The notes under the pieces: model-generated | Database searches by the model: none | The model's input: only the letters and a program-made list of their open reading frames with translations | Told to the model about the DNA's origin: nothing | Origin: the human T2T-CHM13v2.0 reference genome, Homo sapiens | Assembly: GCA_009914755.4 (NCBI GenBank) | Contig: CP068257.2 | Span: forward strand, 31,456,001 to 31,520,000 | DNA length: 64,000 nt | Reading direction: 5' to 3' | Shown: piece after piece, positions 45,724 to 60,951 of the stretch | How positions within the stretch are numbered: position 1 is the first letter of the stretch | How the letters are laid out: each line of letters opens with the position of its first letter | Position numbers and translations under genes: made by a program

Positions 45724-46799
45724 GATGGTAAATGTTATGTTACATGTATTTTGTCATAATTTTTAAAAAATCAAAAAGCTTGTCTGCTCATCTGTAAGGT
45801 GGGGAGGTGATGGTTGTGAAAACCAGATGAAGTGAAATACATAAAACACTACAAAGTTTGGTGTGTAGTAGGTGCTTAATAAATGATGATTATCATTATG
45901 GTTTTACAAAGTGGTCAGTAAATAACAGATTAACTGATTAATGGACTAAGAGATATATTGTTTCTCCTCCAAGGAAAACTTTCTTCATTGATATGACAGA
46001 GAATGGAGTGAAGGGGTGGCTTCATCGGAAGAGTTTGGCAGGCTTTTTATGTAGAGGCGAATGGGGTTGACTGACAGCACGTGGCGGCCCATTGCAAGGG
46101 TCCCTCCCACTGCGTCCAAACTTGGCCCATTAGAGTCATTTCTCTGGCATCAGCATCATCTCCAGAAGGCCCCTCTGTAAAAGTGCATATGTTAACCTAG
46201 AGGGAGAATCCATTAGCACCCTAATCCCCATTAGCAAGGAGTGTGTGGCTGGATTATCTTGCTGTCACCTGGCAGGAAGCGGGATCCTGTAGAGAAGGAC
46301 ACCAGTTAGCATATTGTCGCGGGGGAGAGGGGTGGGAAAGGCGAGAGAACAGCATGTGGTCCAGAGGCCATACCCAGATGGAGGCTGCAGTCAGCTCCCC
46401 AGTCAAAGGCAAAGCCCAAGTCAAAGCCATGCTTCCCTCTTGCCCACCTGCTCCAATGCCACCCACAGAGAGTGCGCCACAGCTCACAGGATGCAGGTCT
46501 GGTTGAATCTTAACAATAACTTTGTAAGGGAGGTGTCATTAGCTCCATTCTCCTGGCAGGAGGATGAGGCTCAAGGCAGCTAAAGGCTTTTGCTGAACAT
46601 CAAGTGGTGAGCCAGGACTCAATGCCAGATCTTCTTGTTTCCCTGTTAGGTGTATGTAGCACAACTGGTATCTGCAGACTATGCTGCTGGAAGGGCTAGC
46701 CGTCACTGTTATCACAGCGACTGCTGCCTGAGATATGCCAGGTACTGCTGCAAGAAGTTTACAAATATAAGCTCACTTGATCTTCATAACATACTACCT

Positions 46800-46900
46800 A
46801 GGTACAATCATTATATTTATTTGACAGATACAGAGACAGAGGGGACACAGAAAGGATTAGTAACTTGCCCCAAACCACACAGCCAGCAAGGTGTAAGTGA
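46800..46900 (-). mobile_element. MIR fragment (probable)
   Basis: ATTTGACAGATACAGAGACAGAGGGGACACAGAAAGGATTAGTAACTTGCCCCAAACCACACAGCCAGCAAGGTGTAAGTGAG versus MIR ..TTTTACAGATGAGGAAACTGAGGCACAGAGAGGTTAAGTAACTTGCCCAAGGTCACACAGCTAGTAAGTG. Confidence 0.55.
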
Positions 46901-47251
46901 GCACCTGCAGTCTAGATGAGACACCACTCAAAACGTCATTTTTCTGGCAGCCCCGTGCAGTTACCACAGTGGTCACCCCAGTGGTCAGCTAAAGGCCAAG
47001 CCCACCGTTTCTCACTCCTCAGTGGCACAGCTGCCCACCAACACCCGGCCCCCAGGGTCACTGAGAACAGGTCCCCAGCCTGCTCTGGGTCTTCTAGGTG
47101 GACTTTTCCTTTGAGATGGGGCCAATCCATCATTGCATTGGTTTTGGGGGACAGGGGTCTAATTTCATTGTAATCTTCTCCATTGCTATTCAAGCAATCA
47201 CAAAAATCATATTTGTCTCCTGGGAAGTTTTATTAAAACGGAGTATTATGT

Positions 47252-47555
<304 letters not shown>

Positions 47556-48501
47556 TTATTTTGCTGATTTTAGGAGCTTTTATCTCATCAATTATTTTAT
47601 TGTTTACATTTCTCTTATTTCAATATGTGTATATTATTTATAATATTTACATATAACGAATGGTTGTTAAAATATTTAGACAGTTTCATTTTGTTTGTTT
47701 TTCCTTAGGAAACTTGCTCATAACACTTAAATTATAGAATATTCTCCAAACTTATTATTTGTTATGTGAAGTTTTCTTCTACCATTCAACCACACAGAAA
47801 ATGATAAATTTTTTTACATGTAATGCAAATGTGTAAAAATAAATTTTTAAAATATTTAGGCAGTATATAAAAATTTCACAAATCTGGAGACATCCAGACA
47901 TGGCTTATCACCCTGGTTTTACAAAACCGTGAATTCCTGGCACCCAAGTTCAAGGTGGGCATTTGGCTCATTGTAAGAAGTCCTGATTCAGCACCTTAGC
48001 CCACTGAATTGCTTTGGAATTTCTGGAATAAAACATTCTACTTCACCCTCAATTCTCTATGCCCAGAAACCATCCTGGCAGCAAGGCAGAGGGTCGATTC
48101 ACCACCATTTATTATCTCTGTGTGTGAGGCACCACACAGAATACATAAATACAAACTCTCCTCTTTCAAAAGAATATATCTGGGAAGATCATGCACATTT
48201 AGTTCAAGGACAGTGAGCAAACAGAAGTCAGGTGACTGTGAAGAATGGGAGACTGGTTAAAATCAGGAGCAGGTGGATGGTTCGTTTCCAAGAAGCTGAG
48301 CTGGGCTGAAGCACGCAGCGTGTCCGTTGCTGCTCCACTGAACCTCCAGCTGGATTTCCATGTGGTGGTGCAGGCGAGGGGCCGTGCCGATTCATTATGA
48401 CAAAATGACATATCAAAAAGGTTTTGCTGGCCTGCGAAAGATGCCCAACAGCAGATATGCATTATCTTATAAGTTAAGAATGCTGTCTTTTAGAGGGTTA
48501 G

Positions 48502-48809
<308 letters not shown>

Positions 48810-49719
48810 TAGCTGTTTTTTGACTTTGAAAATAGAAACCATTTCTGACAACAGTCTGAGAACTATGTGATTGGCACATTTATCGATGCTGTGAGTCTGG
48901 CTGTGATTTTTACTGTGCGCACAGCCCAGGACTTCTTGCCTGGAGACACAGGTCTAAACAACACAAAGGCCTTCACTGAGCCTAATTTTATCTCCGTCTG
49001 CACCTCATTACTCTGTGGTAGCTTGTTTCGTGCAAACAATTGCTGGTTTCTAGCATAACAAGGAGGCCCGTGGTGTCTGTATCGAACATATTCCTCAGAG
49101 AATGAGAAATCTCCAACCGGGAAAGAGGAGATTCTTGTTAAGGCCTGGAAATAGGCTGAAATGTAAATGTGTGTTCCCTTCCACAACGTGCCTAATTGCC
49201 CATAAATGTCATTAAGTCAAGAAACATTTTCCACCAAATTAACTTTGACTCATGATGTCTAATTAGCAGGAGAAGCTGGAAGATAACAACTTATCAGTCA
49301 CTGTTTAAGAAAACATGTTTAACGGGTGACTTTTGGCTAGCAGCAATGTTGAACCAGGTATTGTAACTGTCAAAACCATGCCTGAGCCCAGCAATTAAGG
49401 GCAATGTGTTTTTTTTTTGGTGCCAAGAATTTTACAACTCCCTCATGGGTGTTTTTTAAAAATTGTGGTGAGGGCCGGCTTCCTAGGAATCCATTGTGTA
49501 CATAAATGATAGGTTTGGGGTGGAAGGAAAGAAAACATCGGAGCTCAAAACTCTTTGGCAGAAAATATGGGAGCAATGCACTTAAAAGTGTTGATTCAAT
49601 TTTTAGCCCTTCTCAACATGAAAGGCTCAAACTCTACTTTGCAATTAAAAGAACATTCACAGAGAGGTTCTACTGCTTACAGAGGGCTTTGCCACACATT
49701 CATGCCTCCCAGCAACCCT

Positions 49720-49835
49720 ATTAGGTAGTTGCTATTACTGTCTCCATTTTACTAACAGGTAAACTGAGACCCAGAGAGGCTATTACTTTCCCAGACTCAT
49801 GTAGCAGCCAGTGGTGGGAATGCAATTTAAGACTA
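49720..49835 (-). mobile_element. MIR fragment (probable)
   Basis: CTGTCTCCATTTTACTAACAGGTAAACTGAGACCCAGAGAGGCTATTACTTTCCCAGACTCATGTAGCAGCCAGTGGTGGGAATGCAATTTAAGAC versus MIR ..CCCCATTTTACAGATGAGGAAACTGAGGCTCAGAGAGGTTAAGTGACTTGCCCAAGGTCACACAGCTAGTAAGTGGCAGAGCTGGGATTCGAACCC. Confidence 0.65.
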
Positions 49836-49844
49836 GTATTTTAA

Positions 49845-50631
<787 letters not shown>

Positions 50632-51389
50632 TTACGAACGTAGGGCACAAACCACCGTGGTATTTGCAGTTCCTACACCTTCCTCACCAGTCCAAATCGC
50701 TGACATTTTCAAGTTGTGTTACAATTGTTGGAGACCTCCTGAAATACTGTTTGCACTCTTACTTTATCTGCTAGACTTGCCACTCAATCTTGTTATTTAA
50801 TGTGCTTTCAAATAACTGCATAATTCTGCATCACAGATCTGTATCTGTAAAATATTTTCAGCATTATATTTCCATATAATTGGTTTCCTTTTATTCATGA
50901 GTATTTTATTTTATGCATTTAAAAATGTTATTCTGAGGAGTAGTTCGGAGGCTTCACCACACCAAACGGAACAGGGGCAGGGCTTCGGCTCTGGAGCTGC
51001 CACATTTAACAGTGAGGCTCTGTAGCTGCCATATTATTTAGTAGTTGCTGGCTGGCAGAGCCAGAAATCCACATGGAAATTGTGAGTGCATGTGCGTTTG
51101 GGTGTCTTGCAGAAGACAGCAAAGCACCTTTTAAGCATAAGCAGGACATAGCCCTGACCTCGGTGGGACCTCGCACTTTGAGATCTGAGGTGCACTCTGA
51201 CTTCTTGGGAGGAAGGGGAGGCTGAGCCCAGATACTCCTCAGTCTCCCCTACTCAGGCTCGTTCAATCAATGCACTGTCCTGTCCCCTAAGTTAGTCTAC
51301 ATGAGAGCAGTGCTTCCTTTCCTAATGAGAACAAGCGTAGAAGTCACCACTATACATGTAAGCACTGGCAGAAATGCAGGATGTGTTGC

Positions 51390-51590
51390 CAGCGCTGCGA
51401 AGATGCACACCCGCAGAAGAAAGCAACAGCAGAGAGCGCGGCAAACCACAGCCACTGTGCGGAGCTTCGCACCCAGCACGCTCCCAGAACCACGGAGCAT
51501 CAGGCAGCGCCGGCGTTCTAACCCCGCGTGCCCTCGCATGACGGCAGAGGCGTTGGTATTTAGGTTTTGTAATTAATTAACTGCCTTTCT
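51390..51590. promoter_or_regulatory. CpG-dense patch (about 170 bp, about 17 CpGs) followed by a TAATTAATTAA homeodomain-type motif
   Basis: cagcgctgcgaagatgcacacccgcagaag...agagcgcggcaaacc...tgcggagcttcgcacccagcacgctcc...cacggagcatcaggcagcgccggcgttctaaccccgcgtgccctcgcatgacggcagaggcgttgg..tgtaattaattaactg. Unique sequence with no repeat signature. Confidence 0.4.
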
Positions 51591-52399
51591 CTCGGCCTTC
51601 AACCTGGCCTCTGGAAAGCATGTGGGAAGGCACTGCCTAAAAGGAACAGAGAGGATTTGGAGAGAGGCTGGGAATAAGGAGAGAGGCGAGGAGGGAGGGA
51701 GGAAGAACTAGGGTTGTAACGGAAGCTGAAAATACATACTTGAAACCCAGGCAGAGTGGCTACGGTAGTTAGTGGGCTATTTTAATCTTAGGGGTGGGAG
51801 CAGTTGTTCACATGCACCTAAATTAGTGGCTTCGATTTAAGCAGAGTCATTCTATAGTAAGCATTGGTCATTGTCACAGAAAAAGAGCACTTTGAGGACT
51901 CATGAGGAGTTGACTTTGTGGAGGCTCAGAAAAACAGGCCCTCCTGGCAGGTCAGAGAGGAACAAAGAGAATCCCCATTGCTCTGCAGCAAATGTATGTG
52001 GCCTGCTTTGCCGTGGAGTTGTGTGGAGCCAACGTTTCAGCCAGGGAGGGCACAAGCCACAAGACCACACCCTGCCCACCCCCGAGGAGGATGGGACCCC
52101 TTGTGTCCCAAGAGCCTAGGACTGAGTCACTGAACACCAAAGTTGTTTGAAAGAGAAAGAAAAGGGTAGGAAGGCACTTGAGGTTCTATGCAAATGTACC
52201 TCCGAGGCCAGGTGTGTGGAAAGAATGCCCCTCCATGGCTGTGTCAAGAAAAGGAGAGGTGGAGGAAGGGGAGGTTTGTGAAGGCAGTGGGCATGGAAGC
52301 TATGAAAACGGACCCTGGGGAGAGGAGAGGTTCGTGGGACGTGGTGATCCTCAGTCACGCACTCTGTGGGGCAAAAGCCTTGCACACATGGGATCCATT

Positions 52400-52520
52400 T
52401 GTCTCCGAGGTAGGTTCTAAGCCCCTCACTTCACAGATGAGAAGCTGGGGTTCAGAGAGATGAAGTGACTCACCCAAATTAACTCAACAAATAAGCCTCG
52501 GAGCCAAGCAATGGAGCCAG
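52400..52520 (-). mobile_element. MIR fragment (probable)
   Basis: CCTCACTTCACAGATGAGAAGCTGGGGTTCAGAGAGATGAAGTGACTCACCCAAATTAACTCAACAAATAAGCCTCGGAGCCAAGCAATGGAGCCAGC versus the MIR consensus. Confidence 0.55.
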
Positions 52521-53526
52521 CTCTGTGTGTCACTAAGACACACGCTTTTCACCCAGTTCAGGGGGTGTCAGCCTCAGGGAGGCTGGCACCCCCCCAGCGA
52601 AACAACCAGACTGGGAGTACTTTGAGGCAGAGATTGCCCCCTTGGACACCTCTTTACTCTGGTGCCTGCTATAGATTTGGCATATAGTAGGTGCTCAATT
52701 AATATTTGTTGAATTATTGAATTTATGAATTCAATGATTTAAGAATTTTGAATGAATGAGTTTGTGAATAAACCAAATTTGGTTTCTTGAGGTCATAGCT
52801 TAAGAGGCATTCTCAGAAAGTGCTCTATACCCCACTCCACACTCCAGATCCCCAAAGACTTTCTCAGAGATGTTTTCTAGTTGCTAGAAGTGGGAAAAAT
52901 GGGAAACCTTCTGCAGGGCTTGGGGACTGACGAGACCCAAGGAAACCAACAGCACGAGCAGAGACCTCCACAGAGGCAGAAGGACAGCCCAGAGCCCGGA
53001 GTCCTGGACCCCTGTGGGGGCTGCTTTTATTTATTTACAGAATGTATTGATACTTACTTCTTTCCAAAAATGACTTTGAAATGAGTGCCTGCCGCAGTCA
53101 GAGGAGTACAAAATAAGACAGGGGGACAGAATCCACCGGAAGTTCAAGGGCAGGAGGTTTGCTTGGCAAAGATCTGGGTTCTGCATGGAGTTCTCAACTC
53201 ATCAGAGCAAGTGGAAGCTGGGCTCGAGCCAAGAGAGAAATCAGAAAGGGTACATCAAGAAAGAAAGAGAAAAATCACTGGAGATGCAGAAAAAGGAAAG
53301 GAAGAGGTAGTCAATTAAGAGGCTGGAACCTGGGGTGGGACCCGGCAGGTGGTAACCTGAGACTCACTTCCTGCCAGAACAGACAGGTGCAATTCAGATG
53401 GCCTCTTCCAGGAAAAGAGGTGACTGCATGGTTGTGGATATTTCCCTACAGAGCAGGATCTTTTGCAGCGGAGTGTCTGAGTGCATCACCAAAGTCTCTT
53501 TCCTCCCATCCTAAACTTATCATTAG

Positions 53527-53873
<347 letters not shown>

Positions 53874-54227
53874 TTACCACAGTTTCTAAAAATCATCTGT
53901 GAGGGAGTTGTAAAATTATTGGCACCAAAAAAGAGATATTGCACCTAAGTGCTGAGCCCAAGCATGGTTTTGACACATGAGTTCCACAATGGGAAATATT
54001 ACTCCCAAACTCTAGGTTCATAAATAGACCTGGCACTGGTGTCCTCAGAACAGACAACTTTGGATCTGTCATGTCCTTTTGTTACGTTTCCTCCCCCTTT
54101 AATTTGGGGGAATGCAATTGAATATGGCAGACTGGTATTTAGATTGCAAGCTGCCGTCACATTTCAATTGGTGTATGATCTATTTGGGGGCCAGTATTGT
54201 GTGTTCTGGGGCTCTTCTGTTGGAGGC

Positions 54228-54596
54228 TAATATGGTTTGGCTGTGCCCGCACCCAAATCTCATCTCGAAGTGTTGCTCTCATAATTCCCGCGTGTTGTGG
54301 GAGGGACCCAGTGGGAGATAATTGAATCATGGGGGCGGTTTCCCCCATACTGTTCTCATGGTAGTGAATAAGTCTCACAAGATCTGTTGTTTTTAGAAGG
54401 GGTTTCCCCTTTCACTTGGCTCCCATTTTCTCTCTTGCTGCCACCGTGTAAGAAGTGCCTTTAGCCTTCCGCTATGACTGTGAGGCCTCCCCAACCATGT
54501 GGAACTGTGAGTCCACTGAACCTCTTTTTCTTTATAAATTACCCAGTCTGGGTGTGTCTCTATCCACAGCATGAAAACACACTAATAAAGAGGCTC
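54228..54596 (+). mobile_element. Solo LTR of the MaLR (ERVL-MaLR) THE1/MST type
   Basis: TAATATGGTTTGGCTGTGCCCGCACCCAAATCTCATCTCGAAGTGTTGCTCTCATAATTCCCGCGTGTTGTGGGAGGGACCCAGTGGGAGATAATTGAATCATGGGGGCGGTTTCCCCCATACTGTTCTCATGGTAGTGAATAAGTCTCACAAGATCTG..GCCACCGTGTAAGAAGTGCCTTTAGCCTTCCGCTATGACTGTGAGGCCTCCCCAACCATGTGGAACTGTGAGTCCACTGAACCTCTTTTTCTTTATAAATTACCCAGTCTGGGTGTGTCTCTATCCACAGCATGAAAACACACTAATAAAGAGG. Close match to the THE1/MST LTR consensus as recalled. Confidence 0.85.
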
Positions 54597-55506
54597 TATG
54601 CATAATGGTTAAGAGCTTGAGCTGAGGGTCAGATGGTCCCGGTTTCCAAACATCAGAGTGTCCATCTATAAAATGGCATTCATACAGAGGTGATGCACAT
54701 AGATCACCTCACATGCCTAGCACAGTCAGTGCTCAGTAAATGTCACTACTGATGTTATGCCTCATCTTCAGAGCCTCTGGACTTACAGGAGTGGGAAGTG
54801 TAGTATTGCTTAGAGGGTAGGCGTCCCCTTTGCATTGCACTTTCCACAAGAGTGGTGGTTAGGAGGTCACTGATCTCTTTGAGACGCTAATGAAAACTAC
54901 GAACCTTCTTCCCAGAATAGCACATACATGTATGTGTGAGTGCACACTCATGCGCATGTTTTTGCCTTCAAGCTCAGGGAGTTCATAGGACGCCACCCCA
55001 GAGCCTACCCTTGCACCCCTGTCTGGGCACCAAGTTGTGATTAGCCCATTTGGGAGCTGAGATACAGCTATCCAGTTTGTCCAGGAGATGCTACATCAAG
55101 CCAAATGACAGCTGCAAAGACCCAACCCAGGCCCCCATCAGACACCCTCCCTCAGTCTGGGTGGAAAGGACTTTGTACATCGAGTTCATCAGGGAGGTAA
55201 AAGATAAAAGTGTCTGTATGTGACTTGGAGTCTTTATTTCATTCTACTCATATTTGGGGAGAAGGAATTGTCAATAGTATCTGACACAATAAAGTGAAAG
55301 TTAAATCATTTTGTCAACAATCTCCAGATAAACGTACTCCAGCAAAATTAACGAAGGTCCTGATTAACCATGCCCTTTAATTTGGGACGGGGGTAAAATA
55401 CAAATATATGAGTGATTGGTGCTCATACAAGGAAGAGGGGCCTTACTGTTTAAACACATTAGGGCCATATTGATGCCACTGTAGAGCTATGACTATGTAA
55501 AGTACC

Positions 55507-55630
55507 AGCGTGGCTAGGCATTGTGACCTGTACCTGCAATCCCAGCTACATGGGAGGCTGACGCAGGAGGATTGCTTCAGGCCAGGAGTTCAAGGCCAGC
55601 CTGGGCAACATAGCAAGACCCTATTTCTAA
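55507..55630 (+). mobile_element. Alu monomer-like fragment (FLAM/FRAM)
   Basis: GTGGCTAGGCATTGTGACCTGTACCTGCAATCCCAGCTACATGGGAGGCTGACGCAGGAGGATTGCTTCAGGCCAGGAGTTCAAGGCCAGCCTGGGCAACATAGCAAGACCCTATTTCTAAAA. Confidence 0.7.
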
Positions 55631-56700
55631 AACAATTAAAAATGAATAAGTTATAATAATAATTTTAACAATCATTAAATAAATAAGGTACCAGTGTGAT
55701 AACAATGACATCTCGCTTAGATAGTGCCAGTTCTGTAATCCTGTGATCCTCTTTGCCCAAGGTCACACAGCCCCCCAACCAGTGAACTCAACTGGAGAGC
55801 GTTATCCAATATGACTTATGGGATGCACAAAAGTGTGACTTGGAGATAAACTAGTTGAAATTCTCTCCTCTTGTAATCTTTATTTTCTTGGAGAAATAGT
55901 GAAGAAATTAATGTTATAAAAGCTCTGCAAAAGTGAACTGACCACCTAATTAGTCCAGGTGAATATTTAAACCACTGTGGAAAAGTTGATTTTTCCATTT
56001 GCTATTGCTGTGTAATGAACCAAAACCTCAGTGGCATAAAACACTAGTCATTTATCATCACCCACGTATTTGCATGTTTACAGGGCTGGCTTGGTCTTGG
56101 CTGATCTGGACTTGGCGCCTCTGATCCTGGTGTCTCTCATCCTCCTGGACCCACTGGCTGACTGGATATGTTCCTATCATGGCATTGGCAGAAGCACAAG
56201 GGAGAGAGCCCGACCCCACAAGTACTTTCCAAGGTCCTTGACTGAGTTGTGCCCACTAATAGCCCGTTAACCAAAGCCACAAAGTCACCCAAATTCCATA
56301 GGCGCACCCAAAGCCGAATGGCAGGGCAGCTATGGGGGAGGGGAAAGGGGCAAATATTTCTGAACGGTCATCTAATCTTCCCAGCGTGAGAGAGAGAGAG
56401 GGAAAGCTTAAGAGAAATAAGATGTTTTGCAGTGGTTCTCAACTTTGCATATTAAAGCTACCTAGAGATGTTTTTTAAATACCTATGCATGGGTCCAACC
56501 TCAAAGATTCTGAGCTAGGGTGTGGTCCTGACATGGAAGTCAAGTATGAAAACCACTCTCTAAAGATTTCCCAGAGCCCTTCCTCAAGAGCAGTCATCTT
56601 ACCCCTAACTGCGCATCAGAATCACCTCGGGAGCTTTTACAAACTACACATGCTAGAGACCTGCCCCAGACCAGCATGTTATTTTTTTTTTAAGCATTCC

Positions 56701-57073
<373 letters not shown>

Positions 57074-59394
57074 TCAGTTCTTTTATTCATGACACAAAGA
57101 TTATTCAAGGCCTACGGCTATATGTGCTAGGGCTTGGTGACACCCCGGTGAGCCCAAATGGACACAGACTCTTCTCTCCCAGAGCTTAGTGCAGGAAACA
57201 GTCAATTAAATTATTACATTAACGAATGAGGAAGAGGCTCTGGTGGAAAAGAACATGAGTCTGTGACAGCAACAGCAAACCCTGGGGAAGTCATACAAGG
57301 CTTCCTTGAGGAGGTGTTCTGGGCCCGGGCCTGGCTGTAAACGCAAGGAGCCCCTAGAGTTAAATAGAAAGTAGGAGCAGGGTCAGCATCGCCTCCACCA
57401 CATCTCAGTGCTGTTCCAGTGAACAAAGACATACCTTGCAGGAAGATTTGTGGGGGGTGGGGTCTAGGTGCCTCAGCAGACACCAAATGGGCTGGAGGAG
57501 ACAAAGCTGACAGGCAGATCCACTGATCGCCACATGGTAGGAGGGAGATAGAACTCTCCTCGCCTCTTCTCCCCTCCCCAGGGGCAGCTGCCATCAGTGG
57601 ACGCGTTGAAAGGACCAAGCCCCCATCTGGAAGGGCTGGAGGGGAGAGGGATTGGGAACGGTGAAGTTGCAAGGAAGGAGATCTGGGTGATAGAAAGTTC
57701 TGGAATTGTAGGTGTTTGCTGCTAAGAGGTGTCTCAGTTTGGTGGGCAGTTCAGCTCCTAAACTCCATGAGCTTTGGAGTTCTGGAGGTTTGCAGGACTG
57801 GGGGCGGTGGTACAGTGGAGCAGGTTTGCCCAGGTGCCAAGTGTACACATCTCAACTCTGCTTAGTGACATTCTGTCAGGGGCTCAAAATCAGCCACGGT
57901 GGGAGTATTTACACCATGGAAATCAGTAAAAGCCAAAAATCAGGGCTCTCTTTTATCTCCACCTCAGGAGAGCCTGTTGTTAGACTTTTATATCACACCA
58001 CTGGCTGGAAGGAACTTTTAGCTTGGAAATCCTTAATTGATGAGCTCCAGGCCAATCAACTGAGGGTTCAGAAGCAAAGGAAGGGAGCTGACATAGAACT
58101 GAAGCTGCAGGAAGGAAGGCAAAGCTACAGAGAGTGAGCATTTGGCTGGAAATTCCTGTCGGGTCTATCTCCAGAACCCAGGAGGGGAGGACATATGGAC
58201 ATAAGAGGCTGAGGCCGTTTATGTGCAATGAGTTCTTAAGCAGGTCACTTTTCTAGCCCACAGGGCTTGTTTTATTGCAGGACCAGGCAATTTTTTGAGT
58301 TCCCTTCTAATGCTAACACGTATGAGTTTAACTATGTATATCTGTACATAGAAATTTAACTAGCAATATGGAAGGAAACCCACAAGCCACACCACTGGTC
58401 CTGTCCACAAGCATGGGTAACATAAAATGAGGTGGATTTATTCATTCGTCAATTCATTTGTTAAATTCGAATTATTTTTGAGACTTGCTGTGATACAGCA
58501 TCTCTCTTCCTAAGCATTGTGTATGATATTAAGAAAATTTGCCAAAGCTCACTCCCTACCCACCATCCCTACCTCTCCTCTCTCCTGCCCGGTACCTCCA
58601 ACATCTGGATTGCACACCAGAGGGTATGGGAAAGCAGAACAAAACCAGATGAGAAATCTGGAAGTCAGGTGTAGCAGATGCTGTCAATGTCCCATCAATA
58701 TCCCCTGCTCTGCAAAAAGCCCTTCAAGATGCTTCTTTCGCTGAGGTCTTTTTCTGGCCTTGAGGCCACATTTGGCCTGCGTGCACAGTGAACCATGGAG
58801 GTGGTACAGTGTTCACGCCCCTGGAAGCAGCTTCAGGCAGTGACGATGGGAACTGAGGAGCCCAGCCCTGGTTGTTCTTCACTGTCCCCCAGAGTCCCCA
58901 GAGAGCTGAGCTCATTTCCCACAGCAGTAACTAGCTTGATAACCCATTTTTTACTGGCTCTCTCCCCTTCCCCACTCCCCTACCAATGTTTCCTGCTATC
59001 AGCTCCCAAATAAATAATTTGCATTAGAATCTTTGTCTCAGAGTGGGCTTCTGGAGGAATCCAAATGAAAACAGCGGGAGTCTAACAGTGGGCTGGGAAG
59101 CTTCAGAAAACTGCTGGACTTCTCTGAAACTTGCTTTCCTCTTCCATAAAGTGGGTTCCCATAAGACTGTCTGTCCCTTACCCCTCTCACAGAGAGGAGG
59201 CAAGGTGGCATGAGGCAAGAGGTGCGACAGGGCCTGGGAGAAGCCACAGCACCCACGGTGGGGACATCTTATGCTGGTTTGGAAGATGTTAGATGTCTCA
59301 GAGAAAGACAGACTTTATTCCCCGGAGAGCTTCTGAGAGGGTAAAGACATATTTGACCTAAAGTGGTTTTGGAACTGGATCTTACCCCAAAATA

Positions 59395-59470
59395 GAGAGA
59401 ATGAGAGAAAGGCAGGAAGGCAGACAAGAAGGAACGGAGGGAGGGAGGAAAGAAAGAAAGAAAATAGAAA
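59395..59470. repeat. Purine-rich low-complexity (GGAA/GAAA/GGGA)n tract
   Basis: agagagaatgagagaaaggcaggaaggcagacaagaaggaacggagggagggaggaaagaaagaaagaaaatagaaaaatg. Confidence 0.85.
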
Positions 59471-59557
59471 AATGAAATTTGTATGATTTTCTCATTTTAC
59501 AACCCAACAGAGTCACTGGCATTTGGGGACTGTCCTTAAAAGATTTGGAGAATGAAG

Positions 59558-59900
<343 letters not shown>

Positions 59901-60549
59901 TTATGCTGAAAAATTGAAATAGAGTCTTTAATTTTCCAAGTCACAGAGCTACAAACATGTACAGATAAAACTGACAGGATATATAAATGTTAGCAAACTT
60001 CCCCCTTTAAAAAAGAGAATTCTCTTTGTCAACATTTGTTCTCATATCAACAAATTAGGGAAAGGACCTAAACGTTCAATTAAATACTCTTTGGATCAGA
60101 AAACCACGGAGAGAAACGTGTGGCAGTCCCAAGTGTGTTCCTGGTTTACCTCATTGTTTCTGAGCTCTGCAGCCTGACACATACGGTGCGTAATATTATC
60201 CAAACAGCATCACACGCATGTGCCCAAAGGGACAGCCACATCCCCAGTCCCGGCTCTGTGCCTTATTTTTAAAGCTTTGGGGCTTTTTCAACATTATTTT
60301 TGCGCTGTAAGGGAAGAATGAAGGGGCAGGGGGATGGGAAAAGAATTGAAAATAACCAGTTTCAAACATGCCCCTAACTCACACGCCAAAATATGGCTTT
60401 CTAATGAGAGGACTGCACAGCACAAAGCTGTGGCCCCAGGAAAGTGCAGACGTTATGGGTACCCCCGTTCATACCGCAGCAGAACGATGAGTGCACAGCT
60501 GGTGAGACACCCCACTTGCCTCAACTTCTAGAAAAACTGGAGCGATTCA

Positions 60550-60951
<402 letters not shown>

